DNA of 64,000 nucleotides, taken from contig RSEE01000005.1 in the NCBI GenBank assembly GCA_003971905.1, positions 744,001 through 808,000 of the forward strand, written 5' to 3'. Below are positions 39,601-53,982 of this stretch, in pieces. Under the pieces are notes generated by a model. That model saw only the letters and a program-made list of their open reading frames with translations. It was not told the DNA's origin and did not search any database. Source of the DNA: Moniliella sp. 'wahieum' (lineage: Eukaryota). The first letter of the stretch is position 1, and every line of letters starts with the position of its first letter. The translations under genes were made by a program, and so were the position numbers.

Positions 39601-40212
39601 TCATTTTCTGTCGCTGCACGTCTCTGAACAACAAGATGAGAGGGGGATTCGGGCCTTGGTTTCGGACTGGACTCGGACCGTCTCGCGGACTGGCTGGGCA
39701 ACGAAGGTGCAAGCCAGGAGCCGGTGGGATGGGGAGGAACGGGAGATGGTCTCTCCATCTCGGGCGACGAGGTGGTGAGCATGGGCACCAAAAATGTCGA
39801 AGACCCTGAGGGCAAATCGGTGCGGTAGCTCTGGGCCGACGAACCAGGCCGCAAGCCCGAATTGGGAGGGGTTGAGGAGAAGGATGGCAACGAGTTGGAC
39901 ATGACCATCAAGGAGGAGGGCGAAAGAGGGCGCGAGCGGTTGGGCGTCGCTGGCCGTTGTGGATCCGAGGGAAGTGGGGTAAGCATCGGATGGGTGGCGG
40001 ACGAAGGAAGATAGGGGTCGTGCGGATGCCGAAGATCGCGCGGGGGGTGTGGTACAGGGACGGAGACCGGAGGCTGGTGTCGGACGGAGCCGGGCTGCTC
40101 GGGCGGGGCGGTCTCCGACGCGGCTGTTGCTTCGGGGGGTGGTAGCACGGGGTGCCAGGGCATGGTCCAGGGAAGACAACTCGGACGTGCTGCTGGCCAT
40201 GTCGGGGGCCAT
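33684..40212 (-). CDS. LRG1: LIM-domain Rho GTPase-activating protein, Lrg1 type; introns 38711-38786 and 35929-35994; C-terminal end approximate
   Basis: LIM domains CAGCGKRMSGQFVRALGTVYH, LCERDYFRRLELICAKC, YCHFHYSTRFA, WHPECYMINK. ITRLEQYTFLLRVAL block. RhoGAP EGIFRKNGNIRKLKE, FLRELPDPLLTF, SRMDLINLATVLGPN. Confidence 0.92.
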
Positions 40213-42710
40213 GGCGGGGGGCGGGGTCGGAGGCGGAGGCGGAGGCGGGAGCGGGAGGGGAGGCAGAGACAAAGGCAGAGGCACAGGGTAAAGTATCACG
40301 CATCGCAGAGGCCGAAAGGCGGGGAGGGGCATACGAGGGTCAGGACGCGCCGGCGACGTGGCAGCCGAGGTGGAGGCGGGGGCCGATGCAGGCAGTGGCG
40401 ATGACGGCGGTGGTTGGAAGGCTACGCCCAGGCCACGCTCCAGCTGGAGGATGAGGCGTGCGGTGGAGGACGAGGGCAGGGGGGACGCGGGCGGGGGCGA
40501 GGGCACGGTGGGCCGGCGCGTGAGGGGCCAGCGCGGCGCCCTGCGTGTCGGGGGAAGGCAGGTTGGGCGCGTGCGCCTGCATGGCGAGGGAGGCCGAGGG
40601 GGGTGGAGGGGGGGGCTGGCACGGACGCGGGCAGGCAGAGGAGCAGGCGCAGGAGCAGGCGCAGGAGCAGACACAGGAACAGACGCAGCGCAGACGCAGG
40701 AGCAGCACCAACACCACCGCCAGCAGCAGCGCCGAAGACGACGGCGACGATGTTGGCGACGGCGGCGGGGCAGCGGCAATGACGAATGCTATAGCACGCC
40801 GGGTCGCCGCCTCGCCGGGCGCCCGTGTCCAGCCGCAGGCACCAGACCAGAGCCAGCACACCACGCCCACCCCCCCACGCAGTACGCCGCACTGCTGCCG
40901 ACGCCGCGGCGCGCGGCACCAGGCAGCCACCAGCGACGCGTGACCCGTACCTGGCCGGTGACCTCACCACATCGCCCCTCCGCCCCACCCGTCGCACATC
41001 ACACGACATGTCACAGTGGCACGTCACCTGCATCCACGCGCCCAATGCCACACGCGGCCCCATCACACACACCTGTCACATGTCACACGTCATGTCACAT
41101 CGCTGCCCTCGAGCGGCCACCGTAACGCCCCGCGCCTGGCAGCGGCAAGCGCGTGGCGCTGGCGTGGTGCGATGTGGGAGGCACCATGCATCATGCGTCA
41201 TGCACCAGCCCCACGCTAGTGTGCGCCGCGCTGCAACCCTACTGCCCTCGCCGGTGTCCGGTGTCCCTGTCCGGTGTGCCTCTCCGATCCCCCAATGCGC
41301 CACACCGCACAACGTGCAACGGCGCATGGGGGGGCAGCCCACTGCCTGGCTCTCATCATGCATCATGCATCAGTATCACGCTCCATGCATCAGCCATCCT
41401 GCATGCATGCGCTCCCATTCCGCTGCTGCTGGGCGCCAAGCAAGCGGCCCTGATCGGCACGGGGGGCCTACTGCGCGCTTTTCTACACAGGCTGCCACCT
41501 GCTCCCGCCTGCTCCCGCCTGCTGCCGCTTGCGCGCCGCCACAGCCGTCACGCGACTGTCGCTCGTCACCCGTCAACGCATCACCGCAGTCCTGCGGCCT
41601 CCGGCGCGGCGCTGGCTGAGGGACGAGTGGCTAGTGGGAGCAGCCAAACGCCGCCCACGCAGCCGATTATGTCAGCCCCCCCGTGCAGCTCCCGAGGGCC
41701 TGCGGCGAGCGAGGGCGGCTGGCCAGCGCTTGGGGCATAGCGCAAGTGTCGGATTCCGAGGGTGCCTTGCCACCCAGCCCCGCCTCCCAGCACAGTCACC
41801 GTCACACCCGCCACCCCGAAGCGGCTTGGACTCTGGTGCTGCCCAAATGGCAGAACCTGTGGGCACGTCCGCCTCGCGTCCGCCTCCTTCCCCATCGACC
41901 ATCCCAGCCCGCATTCGGCCCCTCCGGAGCGACCCCCCCCAAATTTCACACCCCAGTCTTTCTTCATCGATTATCCATCTCACCCTGCTCTCTCGGCTTG
42001 GGCGGCGCGCAGTTGCTGGGTTATTCAACGTGGACAGATGTCATGTCAAGTTGACACGTTGACCCATCTCCGGCGTCCGGCCGCAACAACAGCCCACTGC
42101 AGGTTGGTCAGTTGGTCGCATCGCTCGGAATGCGCCGCAGGCGTAGTGGGTTGAGAGGCACCGGGTGGCTCGTGTGTTTGTAGGCCCAGAGTTCCGTTGT
42201 TTTCTCACTTGCGGGTTCCTTGCTCCGCAGCCTATAGAACCCCTGGTGACGAATGTCTTCTTGCATGTTCCTTTGTAGGTCTGGTTGGTTGGTTTTGACC
42301 ACCACTAGTGCGACTGCATCGCCGCCGAGGACCATCACGACTCTTAGGTCTCCTCATAATCGGGCACGCTTCCTGCATCAGCGACCACAATGTAAAAAAC
42401 AATCTTGTTGCCTCCTAACCACCTACCCCTCCAACCATTGTTGCTTGCCGGTTGATGAGCGTCGAGCAGCACCTAAAGATGATCTCTCCGCTCCCCAGAT
42501 GTACGAAACAGCCTATCACCCGTTCCCCAGCTACATAGAGCGGGGCCGCATGTCCTATGCCTATATGCACCCAAGGAAAGAAGAGGGGGTGAGCAGAGGT
42601 GCGTCCGATTAGCAGATGAGTAACGTGTGGGTCCCACACGCATCGAGACTGGGAGGCAAGGCGCCAGCGCCCTTTTTGGGGGGGTCCCAGTATCATTGCA
42701 GCATGCCAGT

Positions 42711-43846
42711 TCAAGGATCCCTAGAGTAGTTGCCCGGAAAGACGCCTTGGATGCCATTTACTTTCCCGGTCCACCAATCTTCTCGTGAATCAGTGCGGGA
42801 GACGAGCTCAATCTTGTCACCGGCGGCAAAAGAAAGGTCGCCTTCGGCCTGGGCTGTAAAGTCAAAGAGGGCAATGACGTAGGGCGGCAAGTCGGCTTCC
42901 AGCCCGGCCTTCTCCTTCTCCTTTTCCGGCTCCTCGGGCCCACCGAAGGCGGGTCAGCCTGCTCTTCGTTTGTCTGGGGCCCGCGACCGGCAGCTTGGAG
43001 AATTTGCGCGCTAGATAAAGGTGGTTTGTGCAGAGTCAAGTCGTCAATCTGCTTGCCCGCATCTCCCAATGCCGCAGTGTAATCCGACTTGACCTGCGCC
43101 AGCTTGATATTGATCACCACCTTATCCTCGGCGAAACGTTGAATGGCCTTGAAGGAGAGGTAAAAAATGTTGAGCTGGAGGTAGTACAAGGTATGCCAGA
43201 GCGGCGCCATCAGCTTGACCGCCAAGACAAAGAACTTGGGCAGCTCATCCTTGAGCGCATTGGTAAAGTATTCATAGTCCGCCTTGGCCACCTCATACTC
43301 CTGCTCCGCCTTGGACAGGTGGGACTCATCGCGGCTGGACTTGACCTCCTTGTCCTTCACCTTGTTATAGGACGCGGTGTGGCGCTCCAAGTCGACCAGC
43401 TTGTGGTTGCGCTTGGTAATGTTTTTGCGGATGGCTTGCACAGCCGCCTTGAGATCCCGGAGCGGGTAGATGATTCGCGTCTCGAGCAATTCCACCTCGG
43501 GCGTCAAGGTCTCCTGCAGCTCAGTCAGGAGGGTCCGGTAGGCAGGCAACTGTTCCAGCGACTTGAGCGCTTGGGGGTAGGCGTCGGCCAAGTCGCCTCC
43601 CTCGCTGCCAAGCGGCGCACACATCGTGGAAAAGCCCTCTCCAAACGCAATCTCGGACGTGAGCATGTTCTGCACACTTTCGTAGTAAGAAGCCGCGTCC
43701 TTGCGCAGACGCAGAGTAGCCCCCTCCAGCTCGCCAAACCGTTTGGCCAGCGCATCAAACTCGGCGTCGGCAGGCTTTTGGGTGCTGCCAAAGCCAGAGG
43801 AGAGCATGTGCGGCGCACGCGCGATGGCCTTGGTGAAGCCACGCAT
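42711..43846 (-). CDS. RVS167: N-BAR + SH3 amphiphysin (Rvs167/Hob1-like)
   Basis: [12 protein letters not shown] amphipathic helix, BAR ([16 protein letters not shown]). After a frameshift, SH3 [17 protein letters not shown]...[18 protein letters not shown]. Confidence 0.88.
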
Positions 43847-44223
43847 GCTGGGCCAGGCGGTGGGGGGAAGGGCAGAGGTGGTGGCAGGGCAGGAGCTGTG
43901 CTGCGCACCCTGGCCAGCGTGGCCCGCGGCGTTCTGCTCAGCCAGCGCAGACGGCGCATATTGAGTACTGACTGCCTCCTGCCAGTACGCCAGCATCCCC
44001 ACCTTGCCTGTTCCACGCGGCACGCGCTTGTTGAACTGTTCATTCCTTCCGCGGTGCCAAATGCTAAAGGCTAATGCACTGATGCCGAACGCACCCTGCT
44101 CAGCATTTCACGTGGGCCAGGTTGCCACGCACTTCTCGCCATGTTGGGGTCATGTACATTCTGCTAACCAACCAACCCACAAAAGACTGTGCTGGCCGCC
44201 TTTCTACTATGTCTAGCACGTCA

Positions 44224-44781
<558 letters not shown>

Positions 44782-45360
44782 TCAGTAGAACGAAGAAAAA
44801 AAGGGGGGAGGAGCTTCAGGCTTTAGAGGGGGGAGATAGTACGCACACTACCTTCTCGCGAACCTAGTGTGGGTCGCTTCCTCAAAGGTTGTGGAGAAAA
44901 GACACAAGAGAACGGGCAAAGCCCGTCAAATAAATACAGCAAAGGCTCCCATGTGGGCGGAGGAAAATGAAAAAGCACACCGATCCAAACTGCCCCTATG
45001 CTGAAGCCGGCGGCAACAACCCTATGATTATCTAGGGTTGCATCCCTGCGATGACAGTCGGCTGGTGCTGCCCACGCCCATCTGGCCCCCTCGCGGCACG
45101 GCTGGGGCGTCTCGACAAGCCTAGTTGGACGCGGCAGCTTGGCCTGGGCATCCCTCTTCTCCATCCCCACCCTCTTCGAAAGAGCCTGTAAGTACTCGAA
45201 TCTTGCTGGGCAACCCTGTCTATCGTCTCTCCCGTGTTCCAGACCAACTGACCTGCTTGGATGCGCTCAGTAAACGTCCCCTGATTCTCCGAAATCATCG
45301 GTGGCTCTTTTCCCTTGCTCCTAGTATCTTGATTTCTTCCTCGCAACAACAACCGTAAAC

Positions 45361-46300
45361 ATGGGCGCTACTCGTGGTCAGAAGGAAGCTTGGTTTACCA
45401 AGCTCAACGAGCTGCTTGAGGCTTACCAATCGATCTTCTTTGTCAACGTGGACAATGTCGGTTCGCAGCAGATGCACCAGATTCGTGCTGCTCTCCGCGG
45501 CAAGGCGGTCGTGCTGATGGGCAAGAACACCATGGCCCGCCGTGCCATTCGCCAGATTCTTGGCGAGAAGCCGCAGTACGAGAAGATCCTGCCCGCTGTC
45601 CGCGGCAACATTGGGTTTGTCTTCACCAACGACGACCTGAAGGAGGTTCGCGACCTGATCCTGGAGAACCGTGTCGCTGCCCCCGCTCGTGCTGGTGCCT
45701 TTGCGCCCGCCGATGTGGTTGTCAAGGCCGGCAACACTGGTATGGAGCCCGGCAAGACCTCGTTCTTCCAGGCGCTTAACATCCCCACCAAGATTGCCCG
45801 TGGTACCATTGAGATTGTGTCGGACGTGCGTGTGGTTGAGGGTGGCACGCGTGTCGGCACTTCGGAGGCGACGCTGCTCAACATGCTTAACATCTCGCCC
45901 TTCACCTACGGTATGAGCGTCACCTCGATCTACGACAACGGCAACGTGTTTGACAACTCGGTGCTGACGTCAAGGAGGAGGACCTTGTGGCCTCGTTCCT
46001 GGCTGGTGTGCGCCAGATCGCTTCCATCTCGCTCGCGATCAACTACCCTACGATCGTCTCGGTTACCCACTCGCTCGTCAACACCTACAAGGACCTCATC
46101 GCCATTGCTTTGGCGACCGAGATTGACTTTGAGGGCGCCGCTCAGGCCAAGGAGTACCTCGCCAACCCGGAGGCGTTCGCCGTCGCGGCCCCCCGGCTGC
46201 TGCTGCTGGCGGCGCCGCCGAGGCTGCTGCCCCTGCCGAGGAGAAGAAGGAGGAGGAGGAGGAGTCTGACGACGACATGGGCTTTGGTCTGTTCGACTAA
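45361..46300 (+). CDS. RPP0: 60S acidic ribosomal protein P0 (uL10); two frameshifts
   Basis: [49 protein letters not shown]-terminal [15 protein letters not shown]. Confidence 0.97.
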
Positions 46301-46763
46301 ACGCCTATCTTGTGCGGCTGGCTGGGTTGTTCCTTGACGAGAAACAGCATTGTTGTGGGAAGCCAGACTGGGTTGTGCCTTGCTTGGACATGGTGTGGAG
46401 GGGCAGGAAATAGGAGCAAGTAGCGGGCAACATGTAATGTAACGCCGGCGCGGTGGATGGCAGACGAATGAAAGTTTGCAGCTCGTGCACGCCCAGGCCG
46501 GCGAGGGCAGAGATAGGGTCAGACTGAGTGCGCGAGATCGCCGCGCGTGCTCTTCCGGCCCGGGCCCCCGCCTCGCGCTCGCCTCCCCCACCACCTCTCT
46601 CTTGGCGGAGGCGGTCGTGGCGAACACCAAAAGCCAGGCCAGGCGCCGAGCATGGACGCTAGTCTGGCGCGTCTGGGCACCATCCTCTGGCCCTGGGGCG
46701 CTGCTCCGCCGAGCAGCAGCACCCGCCCCACCCCCACCCCCACCAGCCCCCGCCCGTCCAGCC

Positions 46764-49494
46764 ATGGCATCCCCCCGTCTCCGCAGCCCCCACCGCCCGG
46801 AACAGTTCGTCCTGCCCGCCTTGCCTGGATGGCCATCTACCGCATCCGCCCCGCCCCCGTTGCCCCACCCCGCCATCCCCTGCTGCGCATCTCCCGAACG
46901 ATCGCCGCCTGAGTCGCCGCAAGCGCTTGCGGCCGAACCTGCCTCGGCATCACTGGAGGACGGGGACGAGGAGAACGAGAACGAGGACGAGGCAGCCGAT
47001 GAGTCGCCAGTTGACGTTCTGTTTTATTACCGCCATCCATCGGGCTCGGAAGATGGGCTTGCAATGCCCGTTGCTGCCTCTATGGCCCAGATCCGTGCCC
47101 AGATCGGCGTGCTGCGTGGTTCGGCCGACCTGCTGATCGAGCTGCTGCGCCTGCCGCACCCCGACACGTCTGTCGGTGCATCGGACCACTCTTGTTTTAG
47201 CGAGCACCCGGTCTACTCGACCCATTCCTCCTGCCAGCGCGCCTTTAGCTTGTGGCTTGCCCCGCGCACCTGGATGGCCGTTGCGATCGATGTGCCGCGC
47301 TGGGTCAAACCATCGCCCACGTCTGGTACAGGCCAAGTGAAGTGGGTGCACGACACCTGTTGGCGTCCGGATGCCTGGCTCGCTGCCCAATTTGCCTCGG
47401 CATGGGACAGGTGGGTTCTGTTGCACGGGCCCTTGACAGATGATGCGCCTAGTAGCGTGCTCGATGGGTTCTTTGCGCCCTGGGCGGCCAATTTTGACCC
47501 CTACAGCCCTCCCTCGCCCGACCTCCCACCCGCAACGACGGGCACGGGTCACGTCTCAGCACTGGAACTTGCCTTGCAACACCCGGGTCTCTCTCCTGTT
47601 TCCCCTTTTACCACGCATCGCGTTCGCCCCCGCGCTCAGCATGGCTTCCCCCCACCCTACTCCCTTGTTGGAACGGATCCCAGGAGCGGCACCGAGTCCT
47701 CATCCCCCGAACCGGACTCGGACTCGGACACCAACGTGCTCGCCCCCTTGCGGGACACTCTGGCTACGTCGTCTTGGGGCAGACATTTGCCTTGGATTCC
47801 GGCAACCGCCGCTCCGCCTCGTCGGCGCACTAGCGTTTGATAAGGACACGCTCGTCTACCTTGGCTCAGCAAGTGACCTTTCAAGCCGGGATGAGGCATA
47901 CGTGGCGAGCCTGTTGATTGCGCAGGTCCGCGAAAAGTATTGGTATCTTCTTGTGGCCGCCGATGCGGCCCCAGCTGATCGGGCGGCACGGGAGCAGGCG
48001 TTGCGCGAGTACCGCGCGCGCCACCAAGCGTGGGAGACGCGCCAAGCCGAGTTGGCAGCAGCCTCCGCCGCGGACGCTGACGCTGCCGCTGCCGCCGCCG
48101 CCGCCCGGGCCGCGCTTTCCCAGCCCCGTTCGACGCGCAGTACCACTGCGACAGCCTTTGCCAGGCGCCTGTGGCCGTTGACGATGAACCTTCCTGGCGG
48201 TCCGGCTCCCTCGTCCAGTCGGCCTTCGAGCACTGCCATTTCCCTTTCTGGGGCTGCCGAGGACTCGGGTCGCTCAGCCAGTTCGTCCGTCTCGCCGCAC
48301 CCTGCACCAACGCTGACGACCGCCGTGGCGGATGCAGCCACCACCGCGTCGGCTCGGTCGCTGGACGCTGTGAAAGGCACTGCCTCAGCAGCCTTACGCT
48401 TGTGGCCTGCCTGGACGGCACCGCCAGTGCCGCCGGCAAACGAGGGGCATCCGTCCCCTTCCGATCGAGCCGGGAGCCGTGCTTGCCCAAACACCCAAGA
48501 GACGCCGGATCCGCCCCTGACCTCTCTTGGGTGCGCACCGGCACTACCAAGCACAGCCCTGGCCCGTTCGGCCGAGCCGCCCGGCAGCAGTCCGAATGGG
48601 AGCACCCCCTGGCTCCCGCCCACGCACCAGCATCCTCCTCGACCAGGACTTATCTGAACTCCCCCCCGTTTCGATGGATTCCACCATGGCAGTGCCCGAG
48701 GTCGAAGCCGAGCCCTCGCTCCAGCTTCCGGCCCCGAGCGCTGCGCCGCCGTTTACTTGCTTCTCCTTGAGCGGTTGGCCTACGGGTTCGCATCATCAGC
48801 CCGGCCGGGCCAAGGCGCATGTGATTCTGGTACGTGTCCGATTTGGAGTGACCACCGAGCGAGAGCGAGCTAACGAACTAACCGCCCTACCTTCCTCCAG
48901 TACGCTCAAACCGCCGTGGTGCTCGTGTCTCAAGAAGCCGACGGCTCCAAGGACGACGTGCACTACGAGTCCTTCGACAACCTTCGGACCACAGTGTACC
49001 AACACTTGCGCGACCTGGAAAGTTGTGCCCAGGCCTTGGTGCACGCCCCTCGCCCCGCTGCGCCTCCTCGACGACCTGCACGCCGCCAGCCAAGCAAGGC
49101 GGACAGCGAGATGGCCGCCACGGCCCAGGCCATGGGCAGCTTGACTTGTGGCGTGGTGCACACTCCTGCCACGAACCAAGTATGGAACGTGCGCCTGCGC
49201 CAGCCGGCGCCACCACACGTGGACGAAGCTGTAGCGACGACGGCTCGGCGGGTGCTCGATACCCGCTCGGCCGTCGAGGGCGTCGCTGCGCGCCATGCCC
49301 AGTTGCTGGCACTCAGTCCTAGTGTGCTGGAGGTAACCTCGCGCACGTTTGCCCCCCTTGCCTGGATTCGTTCCTCCCGAACTGGCGACCAGGCCGAGCA
49401 GGGCGCGCCCACGGTGCACACCCTCGTTCCCAATGCCCACTTGGGCATGTCGGCTGCCGAGGAGGCGATGCAAACCGCACTGGCGTTGCCCTGA
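46764..49494 (+). CDS. Ccz1-like (Mon1-Ccz1 GEF) longin-domain protein; intron ~48830-48900
   Basis: VLFYY...QIGVLRG...HSS...TWMAVAIDVP...AWDRWVLLHGPL...FFAPWAANFD resembles the Ccz1 first longin domain (from memory). The rest is low complexity. Confidence 0.5.
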
Positions 49495-49776
49495 GCCTTG
49501 AGCGTGAGCGCCTGGGCAATTTGTTCTATCCAATGTTGGCCTTTCTACCGCTGTGCCTACGTGCCACCAGATACCCTGTCCTGGTCCATTTCCGTACGAT
49601 CATTCAGTTGGACAAGAGCGCATGCTCCGTTCATAACATGGCTCGATGCTCGTCGCCTAGGGAGCTGTGGGATAAGGGAGGGACGATCAGGTGAAACGAC
49701 GATCCTATAGGGGGAAAGAGGAGGGGGGGGGGGGAAATGACACCAGCCGTATGAGACTTTCACCAAAGCGCTCCGC

Positions 49777-52700
49777 TTAGCGTCCACCACTGCGACGCTT
49801 GGAAAAGTAGTAGAGGATCAAGTCTTGCTGGCTCTGCGTAAGCGGATCGAGAACCCGGAACAACTCGGTCGTCGACTGCAACTCCCGTGCAGCGCTGAGC
49901 ACAGTTGCGTTAGCCACCGCACGAACATCGGCCGCCTTGTGCAGCAGCCCAGCACGCAGGGGTCCGCGCAGACGTGGCAGCTCATCCTCAATCACTCGGC
50001 TGGCATCTGCTCCAGCAGCTTGGCAAAGACTTGGAGGACCAGCTTCAGTACCGCCGCTCCGCTCACCGAATCGTCCTCCTCTGATGGGCAGTGGCTCACC
50101 AGGGTGCGCAAGCACAGCACCGAGTCGGTCTGGCTCGCCCAGGCACTGAGGATGCCCTCACAGGGTGCACCGTACCGTAACGGTTCTTGTGCCAGCGTCG
50201 AATCAAGCGCTAGCTGAACCAGTTGTTCTTGCTGCCCCGACAGGGTGATCGCATCAATCGTGTGGTGCACAGCCAGTCGATGGAGAACAATCAGCGTAGC
50301 TAGCGCCGGCTCAGCCGCGTTGGCCTAGAAACAAAAGGAAGAATGTTAGCACGCACCTCGACAACACAAGAAAGCCGCCACGTACGTTAGCCTTGGCCCG
50401 GACCAAGTCAAACAAACACTGCAGTAGTTCGGCTGTAGCCGCGGGGTGCTGAGCAAGCGGGTGCGAATGGCCCATATCGTCCTGTGCAGGGTAGGATGCC
50501 CAACGGCTCAGCTTGCGGAACAACCTGAGGTCCGGCTCGCCTTCGCGCAGCCGGTGCAGCCAATGTTCGACAGACTCCAGTTCATTCAGAGCGCGACGGT
50601 GCGACCTCGCTTTGTCCTGTACCGGTGGCTGTGGCGACGGCTGCAAATGCTGGTCCCCAGTCCCCGCCGCAAAGCTGACCCTCGGGCAAGGCGCCACCTA
50701 AATCTGTTTCCGCCAGCACGGGCACAGGAGGTAGAGCCTCATTCCTTGGTGCGGTTGCGGAAGTAAGTGTCGTGGCCGGCATCTGGCCACGATTAGTGTG
50801 GTCGTCCCCATCCGAGCTGACAAAACTCACTGGCCTTGCAGGGGGGTCCCCTTCAGGAGCGGGGGGGGCAGGCTCAATGCCAAGTGTCACACCAGGAGCC
50901 GCGACCAATTCCTTGGGAACGGGCGCAGGTGGGGATGCAGCCTCCTCCATCGACACATCGGCCGAGGGCGCTAAAAGGGGGCTGGATGGCATCTCTCTTT
51001 GCCATTGCTCCACCTTGGATTCGGGACTCACCATCTCATGGTGTCCCGAGGGTGAAGGAGGCACTGCGTCCCATTGGATCACTGGTTCCGCAGGGGCAGC
51101 CTCCGAGACTGGCTTGCCCGAGCGCTCCTGGGCCATACGGGCCGAGGCAGCCCCTTGGCCCGAAGCAAAGCGAGACTTGCGCCGCCGGGGGCACGTCGAA
51201 TGGTACTGCCTGCGGAGGTGACAGATGGGGCGCGCTTCCCTGGGGTTGTCTCGTCCTCTGCTTCCTCGCGAGCCGAAAGATCATTCATCAATATCCCCTT
51301 GGTTTTGGGGTCAAGCTTGTTCAACAGCGCTTCGGCATCGCTGCGTGCGGGAGGCAAGGCATGGAACAGCCAGAATGATTTGCGGGCTTCAGCTCGAACG
51401 TCCTTGTTGGAGTCTACCAGTTCATTCCCAATCACTTGAGCCATGGATTCAAGGTTGGCCCGGGCCAAGAACCTGGCCCGTCCCGCGCCATTGGCAGCAG
51501 TGGCGGCCAGCGCTGTTGATCCGGGGCGATATGTGGAAAGGAGCAGCTTGGTGTACCTAGCCAATGCGATGCGGAGTTGAACGTTCTTGTCATTGACCAG
51601 GAATTGTAACGTATGGTAGTAGCCTGGGCGGAACGGGACACATTGCAAAAGTGCGCCAATGGCTGTTTGGGCAGCATTGGCCGTCATCTTCTTGGTACCT
51701 CCACTGACCCGCAGCATTGCCGCAAGGAACACATCGGCCACTCCATTCTGGCCCAACTCGTCATTCAGGCTACCAGAAGTTCCTCAACGAGGGCAATGGA
51801 CTGGATCGCTAGAGTCGTCCGCAAGGTAGACGCCTAAGTAACGCGCAAGGTCAGCCATCTGCATGGAAAGGCAAGTGCTGCAAAAGGGTACTTACTGTCT
51901 TTGCAATTCCGTCTTGAATTAGGCGAATGTTGGCCGGTAAAGCACGCCGTACATCAGGTGGAAGCTCATGGCTGAGCAATCCGCGCAGCTTGAGAATGTC
52001 AGCCTGGCGTGGACCCCAGTTCTTTTCCGTCTCAACCCTTCGAAATGAGGTTCCATGACCAAGAACATCCGATCCAACTCGCCCATACTAGAGATGTAAG
52101 TGTGACTTTCCACACGGGGACCGATCGTCGGCGTATACTCCTTTGACGCCAGAGCGCGATCAGTGGCACCGAGACGGGCTTGGACGCAGCCCGGTCCCCC
52201 GGGCCCGAGGCGGATGCCCCAGAGGCAAGGTCAACCATAAGCGACTCCACCAATGGCTTCCTAATTCCCTGCTTCTCCATTTCGCGGTGCAGCTCAGCAC
52301 GAGCCAAGGGGGCAGTGCGAGAGAAAATAGGCACAATGGCGGCCTTGGCAGCCTCGCGCACCTTAGCGTCGGCATCGGCGAGCGCAGTGACGAGGGGGGC
52401 GTAAAGGGGCGGATGGGGAAGGAGGAATTAGCCTGTTTAATGGATAGAAGAAGAGCCACGCTGGTTTCACGGATACGGGGGTTTTTGGCGTGCAAAGCCT
52501 GGTCGATGTAGGTAGCAACAAACACATCCAGCGGAGTGTCCTGTGCACTTGCCCGAGGGCCGGTGGGAGGGTGAGGAAGAGCGACGACGAGCGCTGCCAG
52601 GGCCTGGACAGCCTCGGAAGCGGCTGTTTTGGTCTTGACCTTGGCATCGCCCAGCCGTTCAACAGCAAGCGAGGCGGCGTGGTGGGTGAAGAAGCGGGCG

Positions 52701-53044
52701 AGGCGGAGGGCATGGGCAACGAGGCCCGGCTCGTCGGCTACAGCTGCAGTCTCGATGCGCAGACGGGTGGCATAGGTGGCCACGAGCGCAAACGCGGTGG
52801 CAGCCACGTCCTGGTGTGCGGCGCGAAGCGAGGTGCGTAGCGCGTCGAGAAGCGCCTGGGCGTCAGGGAGGGGCGCGGACACGCGCAGCGCGACGCCAGC
52901 AGCGTCGAGGGCAGCGACCTTGGTGGCAGGGTCGATGCTGTCGGCGCGGGCGAGGGCGGCAAGGACATCGGCGTCGGTGACGGCGGGAGGCTGGACGCCA
53001 GCGTCGACATCGGCGTCGGTGTCGACATCCATGGCAGCATGCAT
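49777..53044 (-). CDS. STU1: CLASP/Stu1 microtubule-associated TOG/HEAT protein; introns and frameshifts
   Basis: AVERLGDAKVK, ALHAKNPRIRE, DAKVREAAK, EPHFEG..ETEKNW, SLRTTL, DKNVQLR, DSNKDVRAEAR; C-terminal LTQSQQDLILYYF. Confidence 0.85.
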
Positions 53045-53982
53045 GGCGAGGGCGATGGTGGGAGGAGGCAGCGAGCCGAGCAGGCGATGGCCGCCTGTCG
53101 CCCCAGCCGAGCCTCCAGCCGATGAGCCCAGCAGGACGCGCCACCCTCAACATTTCAATTGGGCCGGACCGTGGCCGTCGACCAGCCAGCAGGGCACGCT
53201 TGCTCGCCATCGCATGCTTCCTCTTCCGCGCCGCTTGGACCGCCTCGTGGACCGCGCCGCCCCATCCATTTCTCCTGGGACGAACCAGCAGGATGCATTC
53301 TGCAGCAGCGCCCCCAGCCAGCGGTGCGCCGCTGCCGCCTCGCTCGAGGACGGCCTGTGGCACGCAGCCACCGCCCGGACATAATAGACCCGGTCAGCGT
53401 GCCAGCGTGGAGCGGACGGTGCGGCGGGGCAAGGGCCACGCTGCCGCATTGGCTACCAGCGTCAGGCGGACATCGCATACCTCTCACCTCTGCTATGTGA
53501 GAGCAGACGGCCTGGGGCTTTGCTTGCGCCGACCGGACTATAAGCTTTGACGCCGCAATCATATAACATCCCTGCCAGCCGCCCGCCCCACACGTCCAAA
53601 CTCCCATCGACCCAGCGCCGTCAGTCGCGCACGGGACCCCGGCGGAGTCGCTGGAAGCAACCCCGACCGCAGCGAGGACAGCAACCATGCCGTCGGTGTT
53701 GGCGGTGGTGTCGGTCGTGGCGGCGCTGGCCAGTGTCGTGGCCAGCGGGCAGAAGCAGCCGTCGCCCACGCCCACGCAGCTGCACCTCACCCACGCTGGG
53801 CGGCGGAACGTACGTAAGCAGCCTGCCTCCCCGCTCCGGCCGGCGCGGTATCAGCGCTGCCCCCCCCGCCCCGCCCCGCCTGGCCCGGCCACGAAGCAGA
53901 CAAGCACCCGACGCCGCCCAGCACCACGACGCGGACGACGACGATGGCGCGTGCGGCGCGCGATCCAACGGCCGCGCTGGCC

